Positions 24,923-38,949 of a DNA stretch of 64,000 nucleotides are shown here, in pieces (positions within the stretch are counted from its first letter, which is position 1; every line of letters starts with the position of its first letter). Location of the stretch: the NCBI GenBank assembly GCA_964016885.1, contig OZ024752.1:25358001-25422000 (forward strand), written 5' to 3'. This stretch comes from Eledone cirrhosa (taxonomy: Eukaryota). The notes beneath the pieces are model-generated. The model was given only the letters and a program-made list of their open reading frames with translations. It made no database searches and was not told the DNA's origin. The translations under genes and the position numbers were made by a program.

Positions 24923-25453
24923 ATGACCCTCCCCAAATATAACAATATCGGTTTCGACACACGATTTCATATAAAAAACCTCGCAAAACTAATTCATCGC
25001 CGCTATGGCATTAGCTTGTGCCAAGCTGAAAGGTTATTGAAAGACACTGTTTTCTGTTATATAAAAACTACAATAACAACAGAACAAATCCGCTTCTTAA
25101 AACACTGTGTTTCCTCCAAAACATACACAACAAACATATCAAAACAAGTAAATAATTTATTATTGAACAAAACACAAGCTGAACGGCTAAAACACACAAT
25201 AACAGTTAATATGAAAAGAACAACATACACAAAAGTCAACGCACTCTACAGACAAAAACGCATCAACGGTAAGGAAATCCGAAATCTCATCACAGCAAAC
25301 GAGAGAGATGACTTCATGAGCGTCATCCGACGCGAAACGAAATATGCTCAAAACGAATGCTGTAGGCATTTCAAGAAGAAATTAGAATGGATGAATAAAA
25401 AAGAAAAAACTACAAGAAAGGAAAATCGAATATTCTCAAAAATACCCAGATAA
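24923..25453 (+). CDS. PLE N-terminal basic domain (176 aa), probably the frameshifted start of the polyprotein
   Basis: [11 protein letters not shown] start is shared with Naiad-A. QIRFLKHC and KKKLEW resemble PLE N-termini. The frame of the next ORF is already open from about 25395. Confidence 0.75.
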   Translation: MTLPKYNNIGFDTRFHIKNLAKLIHRRYGISLCQAERLLKDTVFCYIKTTITTEQIRFLKHCVSSKTYTTNISKQVNNLLLNKTQAERLKHTITVNMKRTTYTKVNALYRQKRINGKEIRNLITANERDDFMSVIRRETKYAQNECCRHFKKKLEWMNKKEKTTRKENRIFSKIPR

Positions 25454-25469
25454 CATCGACAACATCCGT

Positions 25470-28400
25470 ATGAGTGATGTAAAACTACCGGAAGAATTTA
25501 CCAATGACCACACAGTAAATATCTATGGGAACACTTTAATCAGTGAACAAGAACAACAAATCCTAAAGTTACCACCAAAATTTGCCATCTACAAAAAGAT
25601 TAATCCTATGGAATGCAAAACGGAGCTGGAAAAGTGTTTCACAAAAATACGTTGGAATGCAAAGGTAAACAACAACAACAATAATAACGGTAGTAGTAAT
25701 ATAAACAATAACTCTGGGTATAGAAATAACAGCCATAACCATAACAATGGCAGGAAAGTGAGAAATAGTGATAATGGTAATAATACTAGCGATAGACAGA
25801 ACAACAACAACCACAATAATAATAATAATAGAAACGTTAACCACAGACACAGCAACAGTGACCACAGTAGTAATAACGGTAACAATACGAACAACAACAA
25901 CAACAATAACCACAGTGGTAATAATGGAAATAGTACATGTAGCAACATCAACAAAAACAAGAAACATAATAATAGTAACAACCACAATGGTAGAAATAGC
26001 AGTAACAACAACAATAACGGTGAAGTAAACAACAATACATCTAGCAATCATAACAATAATAATATTAATGCTAAGGATAGAAACAACAACAACCACCATG
26101 ATAACAATAATAGCAACACACACAACTATGACGATAGAAATAACGACAACCCCTTAGAGAAACTATTTTTCAACCCAGCTGACAAAACATATAAGATGGG
26201 TAATATCTATCCTACGAGGTTACCCTTTAATAAAAGAGTTTGCATACCACAACAAATAGATGACGAGACGGAGGCACAGTTCACCATAGCTAGAAATAAG
26301 ATTAGACAAGTAGTAGACAGGTACACTATGAGACAGAGCAGACCAGAGGCCCAACAACTTGGGATAAAACCTGTAGAAGGCTTGGTTAGCCTCAAGCAGC
26401 GCACAAGGGATGGTGAGGTAGTGTGTCTACCCACAGATAAGTCTGGTAGGATGTCAATAGATAGCATGCCGAACTACATCGAGGCAATGCAACCCCACAT
26501 CACCAACACGAGCGAAGTTGCACAACTAACACACGATGGGAGAGAAAAAATCCTCAACGCTCACATGATGATGTGGACTGACATCCTAAAGCCAAGCAGA
26601 CGCACTGCCAACAACTTCCAGGCGTCTAACAATGGCATACCACCCTTGTATGGGCTCCGCAAAGACCACAAGACAGTCGACGACCCGACAATAGGACCAC
26701 CAACAAGACCTGTATGCGGAGCTAATATAGCTAGCAACTACAGGATCTCCTACTTCCTCTCAATGGTTATACGCCCCATAATCAAGATGTCCCCAGATGT
26801 ATGTGAAAGTACAGAGGACCTCCTCAGCAGAATCAGTGAGTGCAACAAAAACAGGAGCCTATCCAACTGCATAATAGGCAGCATGGATGTGGTGTCACTG
26901 TACCCATCCATTAACATTGACTTTGCTGTGAAAAGATGTGTGGAGATGATCATTGAGAGTGAGGTGGAGTTCTGCGACGTCGACACAGACGAACTGGGCC
27001 TCCTACTTAGACTTACCTACGACACTGACTACCTAGACAGCCATGACCTTAGATGTTTCTGCCCTAGTAGACCTATAAGAGGTAGACCCCCCACCATAAC
27101 CTCAATGGCTAAAAAGACTCCCATAGGAAGGTGGATTGGGTGGACCAAAGCTATACGGACCCCCCAAAACACTGATCAGGTAAGAAAAATGGTCGCACAT
27201 GCAATAGGGGCTAGTATCAAAACTACCCTAAAGGGCCACATATTTAAGTTCAATGAGAAAATCTACACCCAAAATGAGGGAGCAGCCATCGGCGTCAGCA
27301 TAGCTGGCGATGTTGCCAACCTTTTCATGGTATGGTGGGAAAGGAGACTTAAAGATCTCCTTAATGAAAGCTCCATAGACCTCATCATGTACTCTCGTTA
27401 TGTAGACGATATCAATATAGTTATAAGAACACCCCCACTAGAGAGCACTAACAAGTTTGATTTAGAACGTAGCACGATGGAAAGCATCCAGCAGATAGCT
27501 AATTCCATACACCAGAGTATAACTGTAACTATAGACTTCCCTTCCAAACACCCTAACAATAGACTACCTGTATTAGACACAGAACTCTGGATTAACACTA
27601 TAGACGAGAGAGCCCAAATTCTCCACTCACACTATGCTAAACCCATGGCCTCCAAATACCTGATACTCAAAAACTCAGCAATGTCCAGTAGTGCTAAGTT
27701 TAATATTCTGATCGCAGATTTGGTACGAGTGATGAAGAATGTGTCCAGCATGTGCGACCCAACAGAAATGGAAGGACACATCCAACACTTCATCAACCGC
27801 ATGCAGTTCTCTGGCTACAACCAAAGAGACAGAGTCAGAGTATACGAAGGAGCCATGGAAAAGTATAAGACCCTCATAGAACTGGACATGAAAGGAATTT
27901 GCCCACTATACAGGAGCAAATCATGGAATAGCTTAGATAGGGCTAGACATAAGATAGGGAAGGCCACATCATGGTACGACAACCAGAGATATCAGAGTGT
28001 CATGTTTGTGGACGCCACCCCTGGAGGGAAATTAGCTAACCAGTGTAGAAAGGCCCTGAGAAAGACCCACTTAAAAATAAAGGTGGTAGAAAAGCCAGGA
28101 ACCACCATAAAATCCCTGATCAGCAAAACCTACCCTTTTAAGAAAACCCACTGTACCAATAGGAAATGTATCATATGTAAGGTGAACCCCCGGATAAACT
28201 GTAAAACTAGAAACGTAGTCTATAGCATAAGATGTACAGAGGGTACTTGCAGAAACACGACAACAACATACATAGGTGAGACAGCTCGTAGCATAGGTGA
28301 AAGGATAGACCAACACTGGGGGGAACTAAAAGGACGAAAAAACGGGTCAGTACTATACGAACATGCTAGACAACACCATGACGGTAACATAGACAACATA

Positions 28401-28556
28401 GAAATTAGAATAATATCTAAACATAGGAATGACCCAGCAGATAGGCAAATCAGAGAGGCCAGTGAAATAGAAATTAGAAGACCAAAGCTAAACAGAAAGA
28501 ATGAGTGGAACAACAACAACACCCAAACAAACAACACTGACCTAAGAGAAGTATAA
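25470..28556 (+). CDS. PLE reverse transcriptase plus GIY-YIG endonuclease (1028 aa, Naiad-like)
   Basis: LKLPPKFA, PTDKSG, YGLRKDHK, RPVCG, SMDVVSLYPSI, GAAIG, RYVDD, CxxxxCxxC and YIGETARSIGERIDQH, with no internal stop. Confidence 0.96.
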   Translation: MSDVKLPEEFTNDHTVNIYGNTLISEQEQQILKLPPKFAIYKKINPMECKTELEKCFTKIRWNAKVNNNNNNNGSSNINNNSGYRNNSHNHNNGRKVRNSDNGNNTSDRQNNNNHNNNNNRNVNHRHSNSDHSSNNGNNTNNNNNNNHSGNNGNSTCSNINKNKKHNNSNNHNGRNSSNNNNNGEVNNNTSSNHNNNNINAKDRNNNNHHDNNNSNTHNYDDRNNDNPLEKLFFNPADKTYKMGNIYPTRLPFNKRVCIPQQIDDETEAQFTIARNKIRQVVDRYTMRQSRPEAQQLGIKPVEGLVSLKQRTRDGEVVCLPTDKSGRMSIDSMPNYIEAMQPHITNTSEVAQLTHDGREKILNAHMMMWTDILKPSRRTANNFQASNNGIPPLYGLRKDHKTVDDPTIGPPTRPVCGANIASNYRISYFLSMVIRPIIKMSPDVCESTEDLLSRISECNKNRSLSNCIIGSMDVVSLYPSINIDFAVKRCVEMIIESEVEFCDVDTDELGLLLRLTYDTDYLDSHDLRCFCPSRPIRGRPPTITSMAKKTPIGRWIGWTKAIRTPQNTDQVRKMVAHAIGASIKTTLKGHIFKFNEKIYTQNEGAAIGVSIAGDVANLFMVWWERRLKDLLNESSIDLIMYSRYVDDINIVIRTPPLESTNKFDLERSTMESIQQIANSIHQSITVTIDFPSKHPNNRLPVLDTELWINTIDERAQILHSHYAKPMASKYLILKNSAMSSSAKFNILIADLVRVMKNVSSMCDPTEMEGHIQHFINRMQFSGYNQRDRVRVYEGAMEKYKTLIELDMKGICPLYRSKSWNSLDRARHKIGKATSWYDNQRYQSVMFVDATPGGKLANQCRKALRKTHLKIKVVEKPGTTIKSLISKTYPFKKTHCTNRKCIICKVNPRINCKTRNVVYSIRCTEGTCRNTTTTYIGETARSIGERIDQHWGELKGRKNGSVLYEHARQHHDGNIDNIEIRIISKHRNDPADRQIREASEIEIRRPKLNRKNEWNNNNTQTNNTDLREV
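25670..26150 (+). repeat. Cryptic AAC/AAT repeat encoding an Asn-rich tract
   Basis: About 160 codons dominated by N, in frame. Confidence 0.9.
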
Positions 28557-28822
28557 ATAAATAAGTAAAGTAAATTAAATAAAATAAGATAAATAAATAC
28601 ATACACAAGCACATAAACACACACTAGTCACCCAGCAGACAACACTATACACACTAGTCACACATCACACATAACACTATACACACACGCAAACGCATGC
28701 GCAAAGAAGACAAAATAAAATAAGATAAACAAACAAGCAAATAAATAAATAAATATATAGACAGACTGAACAAAAAAAAAATGGCGTAGACATACAACAC
28801 AACAGGAGGAACAATGAATATA

Positions 28823-28866
28823 ACACCACTGACGATGTTGCAGATGTGCAACGAAAGATTTATGTA
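28823..28866 (+). ncRNA. Minimal hammerhead ribozyme (Naiad-B 3' pLTR)
   Basis: Identical to 24694-24737. Confidence 0.7.
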
Positions 28867-29133
28867 AACTATATATATATGTGTTTGTCTATATTGTATC
28901 TGTATTATTTTTGACCGCCGGTCAGTCAATGGCAACATTGAGGACCGAGTAAGTTAGATCGCAGATATATATATATAAAAGACAGCGAGAAGCGAAAACC
29001 AACCAAACAGTGAGTGTGTTCTGTTATTAATTCTGGCAATATTACGCAAATATGACCCTCCCCAAATATAACAATATCGGTTTCGACACACGATTTCATA
29101 TAAAAAACCTCGCAAAACTAATTCATCGCCGCT

Positions 29134-29758
<625 letters not shown>

Positions 29759-30820
29759 TGAAATAAGAAATATAAGAATCAAAGAACTGTTCAAAACATT
29801 ATTGTGCTTACAGCTGTTTCCTCCAAACCGAGGTTTGGATTCTTCGGAGCAATTTATTAATGATTGGACAGTTATATGACCTCCTTTTCAGCCAAGAGAC
29901 ATACCGATACATATACAAATATTGTGGGTCAACATTCATTACAGAATTTAGAGTGGCAGTACACATTTCGAGATTACATTCATAATAAAAGGTACAATCA
30001 AAAATCAAAAATACAGGTTAAAATACAACATGAAGATAAGCGGTTATATAGTGTAAATATTATATGTGTGGCAAGCACGTGCGTCTTGTTTATATAGTGT
30101 GGCAGAGAGATATATGTGTGGTAGGAGCACTTAGGTAGGTAAAGAAGAGTGTTAGGTTGGTTGATCTGGTGGGAAATTCTTTATATGATTGTTATAGTCT
30201 GTGTGTGGAGAAAAGATATAAGCATTAAAAATAGTGCAAGCATTAAAAGTATTAAACGTATTGGAGATGCACAGCGAAGGGATGACAAGGACCTCATATA
30301 CTTCAACATTTTCATGGTCAGGGGAGTGTATTCTTCGATTATATGCCCCTCACATAATCCACGGCAATTCCATATTGAGCGTTTGACAATCCAGTTAGAG
30401 AATCGTAGTCCGATGTTCTTTAGTTCAATACAGGAGGCTGTTACGTTTCGCGAAACGACATTGAATACTACCCGGAAGTGTGTGTGTGGCTAAGGGGAGT
30501 TAATGCATGAGAGGAGGTAACTCCGGGGTTTCTATACCTAGCTATTGAAATGTCTCAATATAGACCCTAATTTCTATGGTTATGAGCAACTTCCAGAAAA
30601 TTCCTAAATCATATAACTGCTCTGTAAATCATCTGATGTTTTTACATTGAGCTACTTAACTTACTGGTAATAAGCTAGTAATACATTACTGCCTACCACT
30701 ATTTAGGGTTTGTATAAAAAATACATATAACTGCTAAAGGTTTTTGTATTTTCATAACCATAAATAGTACAATTAATAATATATATATACATATATATAT
30801 ATATATAAATATATATATAT

Positions 30821-30956
<136 letters not shown>

Positions 30957-31167
30957 CGTTTCTGAATTTGTTTAGCAAGATTCTTTATCTGAAATCGTGT
31001 GTTGAAACCGATATTGTTATACTTTGGGAGGGTCATGTTACCAATAAGAAACACACGCACCAGTTGCTTTCACTTCAATTTATTATAATAAATTTATAAT
31101 AAATTTATAAATTTATAAATTTCTGGTTGGTTGGTTGGTTCCAGAACCAGATAGTTGTTTATATATT

Positions 31168-31210
31168 GTCATAGTTCTTTCGTCACACACTCTGTGACCT
31201 CTTCAGTGAC
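31168..31210 (-). ncRNA. Type I hammerhead ribozyme (Naiad-A pLTR)
   Basis: Reverse complement of 20296-20338. Confidence 0.8.
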
Positions 31211-31411
31211 TGGGGATTCCTTTCTTTATTTTTGTGCCTCTCCTTTGTTCTGTCATACGCCATTTTGTTTCTGTGTGTGTGTTGTGTGCTCAGTCTGCGC
31301 ATGCGCCACATCCGGGTGTCTGTGTGTGTTTATGTTCATTTATTTATTTGTTTATTTACATGTTACTGGTTGGTTGTTTGTTCTATGTGTGTGTGTGTTT
31401 TCATTTTGTCC

Positions 31412-33045
31412 TTAATTGTAAGTTGTGATGTTGCTGTTCCACTCATATTTTCTATTTAATTTTGGTTGTAATTCTTTTATGTTTATTGCCTCTGTGATTT
31501 GTCTAAACATTGCGTCTTTTCTGTGTGTAGATTCTATTTTTATTTCTATGCTCTCTAATTTACCCTTGTGTTCTATTTTAGCATGTTGGTAGAGTACAGA
31601 TGATTCTTTACTATCTTGAAGGTCTCGCCAGTGTTCATTTATCCGTTCCCCTACACTACGAGCTGTCTCACCTATGTACACTATATTTTTGTCTCAACAT
31701 TGTCCTTCAGTACATCTTATGCTATACAGTACATTTCTAGTTTTACAGTTAATATGGGGGCTTATTTAACAGGTTATACATTTCTTATCTATACATGAGG
31801 GTCTTTGAAAAGGGTATGTCTTGCTAATAAGTGTTTTTACGGAGGTACCTGGTCTTTCTACTATCATAATATTGAGTTTATGTTTATCTAGGGCCCTTCT
31901 AAATGTGTAAGCTAATTCAGCTCTAGGGGTTGTATCGATGAACATTACACTCTGGTATTTATTGCTATCATACCATGAGTTTATTCTATTAGCCTTGTTC
32001 CTAGTTCTTTCTATTCTATTTCAAAATTTGCTCCTATACAAGGGGCAGGTCCCATTTATGTCATTATTTACCATTTTTTCCCATTTGGTTCTGGCTCCTC
32101 TATACACTCTGATTTTATCTCTCTGATTGTAGCCAGAGAACTGCATACGGTGGATGAAGTGTTGTATGTGTCTCTCTAGTTCTTCGGGGTTGCACATGCG
32201 GGACACGTTTCTCATCACCCGTACCAAATCCGCAATCAGTATGTTGATTTTGGTATGGTCCGAAACGGCCGAGTTTCGGTGGATCAGATATTTGGAAGTC
32301 ATGGGTTTGGCATAATGGGAATGGAGGATGTGTTTTTTGTTATTAATGGTATCTAACCAGAGCTCTGTGTCTAGTACAGGTAATCGATGGTTGGGGTGTT
32401 TACTTGGGTAGTCTATAGTAACTCTAATACTCTGGTGGATGGAGTTAGCTATTTGCTGGATGCTTTCCATTGTGTTTTTCTCTAGTTCCTGACTGTTCTC
32501 TAGTGGGGGTGTCATAACTACGATGTTTATATCATCAACGTAGCGGGAGTACATTATCAGGGTTAAGGGGTCTTCTAATTGTTCTTTAAGTTTAAGTTTA
32601 AGTCTACTGTCCCACCATACCATGAATAAGTTAGCTATGTCGCCTGCAATGCTAACACCAATGGCTGCTCCTTCCTCTTGGGCATATGTTTTTCCATAAA
32701 ATTTGAACATATGTTCCTTAAGGGTTAGTTTTATGCTGGCCCCTACCGCATATGCAATCATTTTCTTCAGTTCATCGTGGTTTTCGGGTGTCCGTATGTC
32801 TCTGGTCCACCCGTTCCATCTATCTGTGTGGGTTTTCTTGGCCATTGAGGTAATGGTAGGTGGTCTGCCTCTTGCTGGTCTTGTAGGGCACAGGTTGCTA
32901 AGGTCATATGTGTCTAGGTAATTATTACTATAGGTAAGTTTAAGTAGGAGTCCCAGCTCACTGGTATCAATCCCACGGAACTCAACATTGCTCTCACTGA
33001 TCATTTCTACGCATTTCTCCACAGCAAAATCCGCGTCAATAGATG
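31412..33045 (-). pseudogene. PLE RT/GIY-YIG with nonsense mutations
   Basis: Tracked ORFs 32021-33112 and 31412-31681 are collinear with 18739-20094. Confidence 0.9.
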
Positions 33046-33252
33046 GAACGGGTGGACCAGAGCCATACGGACACCCGAAAACCACGATGAACTGAAGAAA
33101 ATGATTGCACATGCGGTAGGGGCCAGCATAAAACTAACCCTTAAGGAACATATGTTCAAATTTAATAGAAAAACATATGCCCAAGAGGAAGGAGCAGCCA
33201 TTGGTGTTAGCATTGCAGGTGACATAGCTAACTTATTCATGGTATGGTGGGA

Positions 33253-34375
<1,123 letters not shown>

Positions 34376-35026
34376 TGTGAGAGACATAAAATAAGAAAAT
34401 TACAAAATTAACTTACTAAAATTTCACTCCAACTAATTACTTTCTGAAAGGGAATAAACATAGTTTCCGAAGAAACGTACGGAGAAGACTTTCGTCATCA
34501 GGGAAGTCTATTCTCAGCTAAGTTTCCAGGCAATACGTGGACACAGGGAACTTATACAAAAATAATTCAGTGGATGGAAAAAAGCAAAGCGTGGACTAAA
34601 TTCCAAGCCATTGAAAAAATCACTGCCTACTGCGTCGGTGGCAAATTCAAAAGTATCAGCCACGTGAGGTCAATTAGTGAAGAGTGGTTTGTTAAGAAGA
34701 TAGCAGCCGGACCGTTACTATAGTAGCAGTTTTGGCCAATTTTTGCTCGACAAAATAATTTGGAGATAATTATAAAGAATTAATATATCTAGTAAGATAT
34801 ATATACACAGATGCATACTTATGCTAGCAAATATATAGGTTTAGTCTTAGTAACTTTGTGGTTCAATGCATGAGGATGCAGAACAATAATATGAGAGACG
34901 TAAAATAAGAAAATTATAAAATTAACTTACTCCGTACGTTTCTTCGGAAACTATGTTTATTCCCTTTCAGAATCTAATTAGTTGGATTGAAATTTTAGTA
35001 AGTAAGTTAATTTTATAATTTTCTTA
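34376..35026. mobile_element. Non-coding HHR unit, family C (about 514-bp period, with short inverted arm 34931-35026)
   Basis: 34381-34418 is repeated at 34895-34931. Homologous to 57464-58513. HHR at 34426-34506 on minus. Confidence 0.75.
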
Positions 35027-35267
35027 GGAAATAAGTGATTATATTCCCAATTATGTGTTCGGGGTGCTAACTAAAAGTATTGCGTGGAAATATATACATA
35101 AACATATATATATACATACACACATATATATATATATATATATACATATATATATACCCTCTTCGTATTATAGAAATGACAGTAAAAGGTATAGCTCAAT
35201 GTAATTAAACAGAGCCGAAGAATTATGAAAATAAAACAAAGAAACCTTCAATACATCAAAAGTCTTT

Positions 35268-35312
35268 ATTAGCCAACAATGTTTCGTCCTATTAAGGACT
35301 CATCAGGGCAAT
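35268..35312 (-). ncRNA. Minimal type I hammerhead ribozyme (Hydra-1)
   Basis: Same motif as 8196-8240 with an intact core. Confidence 0.8.
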
Positions 35313-35483
35313 CAAAACCACAAGAAGTACTATCGGCCAATACAAGTCGAAAACTCCGAAGAATATGGAGTGTACATACACTAAAGTATTGGAAGATTAT
35401 GGGTAAAAATATATAATAAAAATCACTAAGGAGGTGTATAACATTTTGAACCATATTACAAATATAGTCCAAAGCAAAAAAAA

Positions 35484-37641
35484 ATATTACCCTAGAGAAC
35501 CGAGGTTCACTCTTAAGGATCATAAGGTAGACTTCATTAGTTAGACTCATCTGTCCTTCTAAGTCTGATATAGCCATAATCAGTAAAAGAATCCTTGACC
35601 TTATTATACCAGATGTTAGGGATAAAGTTAATTTTAACCTATGGGGGAACACTAAGGAAGTTATAGATTGGTTCTCTGGGATTAATAAACTTGAATCTAA
35701 TAAGTTTATCCAGTTCGATATTGATGCCTACTACACATCGATTTCACCCATCCTCCTCAATAAAGCCTTACTGTTGGCCATGAGAGTGTCCAGCCTTACA
35801 CGATCACAGGTAGATATTATACTAGCAGCCAGTAGAACTATTATTAATTTTGAGGACACATTTTGGACCCGTAAAAACACGCCCAACAATTTCGACGTTA
35901 CAATGGGTTCGAGTGATTCGGCCCAGGTAACTGATCTTGTTGGATTGTTCCTCCTAAATGAACTATATGTTACCTTTCCGCACCTTAATGGAGGACTATA
36001 TCGTGATGATGCATTGTTTGTTATTAACTCTAGCACCAACAATGTCGAGCATAATAAGAAGAAGCTTTATAAGTTATTTAAAAGCTATAACCTTTCGATC
36101 ACGATAGATAGAAACGATAGAGCGGTCAACTTTTTAGATGTGACTTTGGACTTGGTCACTAATAGTTTTAAACCCTCCCATAAGCCTAATGAAATACTTT
36201 CTTATGTTAGTCCCAATTCTAACCACCCCAAATCTATGATAAGCTCTATAGTTAAGGGTGTATCTAATAGGATTTCCACACTCTAGGAACATTTAATGGT
36301 GTATCTAATAGGATTTCCACACGTAGGAACATTTAATGAACATGCGGAGTACTATAATAATACCCTAGCTAATTCCGGTTACTCTAGTAAAATACATTAT
36401 AATGATAGTAACCTTAGAAAGTCTCCGCTTACTTATTATAATAATAATAACATAATATCACATAACATGGCCATGAATGGGAGTGGGAAGCATAATAACC
36501 GTAGAAATTACATAGGTGTATCTGAACCCATCCATAAGTTAACCCACCGGACTCGTAATAGGGAATATAATACCTCTAGGAAACAAGTCGAACCCTCTGA
36601 GCGCTCACTCATTGGTGATGATTTTGCTAGATCTAATTCTAATAATGTTGTTTCTACTGATCCTATTATTGGCCCTAATCCTTTTGATGGGATTCCAGAC
36701 GGCAGCAGATCTACTAGACGTAGAAACAGTAAGAGACTTAATGGAATTTTGGCTGATTCTAATAATGCGGTTTTAACTAATCCTTGTAATAACCCTAGTC
36801 TTAATAATGGGATATTGGATAATGGTAGAGTCGGTAAGGATAAAAATAGAAGGAGACTAAATACTTATTTTAACCCGCCATATAATCAGGAAGTATTAAC
36901 TAATATCCCTAGGTCTTTCTTTTCTATCTTAGAGAAAAATTTCCCTCTTCTCATAAGTACCATAGTATTTTTAATAAAAATGTTATTAAACTTTCATTCT
37001 CTACCACCCCTAATATTAGTTCTCATTTAGCTAGCACTAACAATAGGAAAATTAGGGATGGATGCTCCTCTCTACATACTACTAGTCTGAACAGATCTGT
37101 AAATGCCTTACCACCAGAGCAGACCTTATCTAATAGTAATCCTACGTGTAATGCATCACTACTTCAGCCAATCAATAGCACCCGGAAGTGTAACTGTAGA
37201 GTGAGTGCTAACTGCCCTTTAAACGGTAACTGCCTCTCTAAGAACATCGTCTATGCTTGCGTAGTTATAACTAATTCCTCTAATAGAACTTATATAGGCT
37301 CTACATCTAACACTTTTAAGACTAGGTTTAATTCTCATATCTCTAATTTCAAACATGTTAAGTTTAAGAATTCTACTTCTTTAGCACACTATATCTGGGA
37401 TCTTAAGGGGGCTAATATACCATATAGCCTTAATTGGCGTTTAGTAGCACGCTCTAATAACCTTTATACACATACTAAATTTTGTAATCTCTGTATCCTC
37501 GAGACATACTCTATAATTTTCTCTAGTGAATCCTTACTTAATAGAAAGTCTGAGATATTCTCTTCTTGCCCCCACGCTATTTCTAATTCTTACTTTTATT
37601 ATAAACCTAAAGGTTCTAGTAGTATAAATTGTATCCATTAA
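35484..37641 (+). pseudogene. PLE RT plus GIY-YIG, 5'-truncated and frameshifted
   Basis: GGLYRDD, NFLDVTL and YIGSTSNTFKTR. Confidence 0.9.
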
Positions 37642-38084
37642 CTGATATATTCCATTACTTATTTTTCTAGTTTAGGTTCTTTTTGTTTACCGCCATTATC
37701 ATCATCATTATTATCATTGGTTTTTGACAACTTTTTATTCTAGCTCTCATAATCATTTGGCTACTATACCATATCTATCTTCTTACACATTAAATTTTCA
37801 CTATTAACACCTTATGATTATATATCTCATTATATATTTTATATTATTTTATTTTATTTCATTTCATTTTATTTTATTTTATTTGGATTCTTCTTTGGAT
37901 ACCCCCCTTCCCTCCCCCCATGCACACATAAACTTATTGTCAACCCTTCAAATATATTATGATTATATTTAACCCCCCCCCCCTTTTATGCTCCTTTCTA
38001 TTATATAATACAGTATATTAATTATGATTTTATGCTCCTTTGTATCCTCCATACATTTCTTGAAGGCTTCTTTGTTTTATTTTC

Positions 38085-38123
<39 letters not shown>

Positions 38124-38182
38124 CATCGTTGGACATTGAATATCGGTAAGAAAGTTTTTTTTATATCGATGTTTGACGGGCA

Positions 38183-38305
38183 TCCACTGATGATTTATAA
38201 GTGCCCACCTGCATATATTACTACGGATTATTTGCAGACTTCTACATAAACCCGGACACATTTTTCCCAAATTGTAGAAAACTTATAATGAAACAATTGT
38301 TTGGA
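38183..38305 (+). ncRNA. Type I hammerhead ribozyme with very long stem II
   Basis: tcca CTGATGA t-ttataagt...(~78 nt)...acttataa-t GAAA caattg TT tgga. Confidence 0.7.
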
Positions 38306-38339
38306 AATGGAGATGTATTTTAATTATGTCTCATATAAC

Positions 38340-38949
38340 ATAATATATCTCCACACACAACCCCCTCAACAATGAGGCCTTTGACACCATCCTCCAGAAC
38401 ATCCCTGTGTTGAAAAAGGACCATAGAATGAACCAAATCCTACGAACACACGATATCATAAAGAGCAAAAGACAATCCAAGTCAATGAAAAATATCCTAA
38501 CGCATGCCAAAGTACTGCCAACCACAACAACGAAACCCACAGTAAAAAAATGCGATAGACCCAACTGTGGCATTTGCATCAACCTAATAGAGGGTTCGGA
38601 ATTCTATTTCAAAGAAGGACAACGTTTTATAGTAAAACACAATTTCACATGTGCATCGGAAAATCTAATATATGTATTAACTTGCTCAGGTTGTCGAGAA
38701 CAATATATAGGCCAGACCAAAAACAGCCTCCGCCAACGCATGACTGTCCATAGATCCCAAATTAAAATACGGTAATACAGGAAAATACCACTGAGTGAAC
38801 ACATTGATACCTGTGCCGCCCAAAATCATCCCAACTTCAGAATCTTTCCCCTCTACAAATTTAAAAATAATGCCACCAACACCCAGCGCATCAGCAAGGA
38901 ATCTTACTTCATTAACAAATAGGGACCCCGTCTAAACACTTCTCCCTAA
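38340..38949 (+). pseudogene. Neptune-like PLE GIY-YIG endonuclease fragment
   Basis: THNP, KRQSKSMKNIL, CDRPNCGIC and FTCASENLIYVLTCSGCREQYIGQT...RMTVHR. Internal stops. Confidence 0.88.

Larger units (their letters stand above)
23700..29133 (+). mobile_element. Full-length Naiad-like PLE family B with inverted 5' arm and two pLTRs
   Basis: 23700-24573 is the inverse of 28191-29066. 5' pLTR starts at 24575 and is repeated at 28703-29133, extending into the ORF start. Confidence 0.95.
35158..38088 (+). mobile_element. Hydra-like PLE family 1, second coding copy with inverted pLTR 35158-35483
   Basis: 35484-38060 is the reverse complement of about 4876-7426. 35158-35483 matches 8088-8410. 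3' UTR internally deleted. Confidence 0.93.

Noticed and set aside
25470-28700. Selenoprotein-encoding Naiad element (in-frame UGA plus SECIS)
   Set aside because: The ORF has ordinary Cys codons and no in-frame TGA, and no convincing SECIS was seen downstream.
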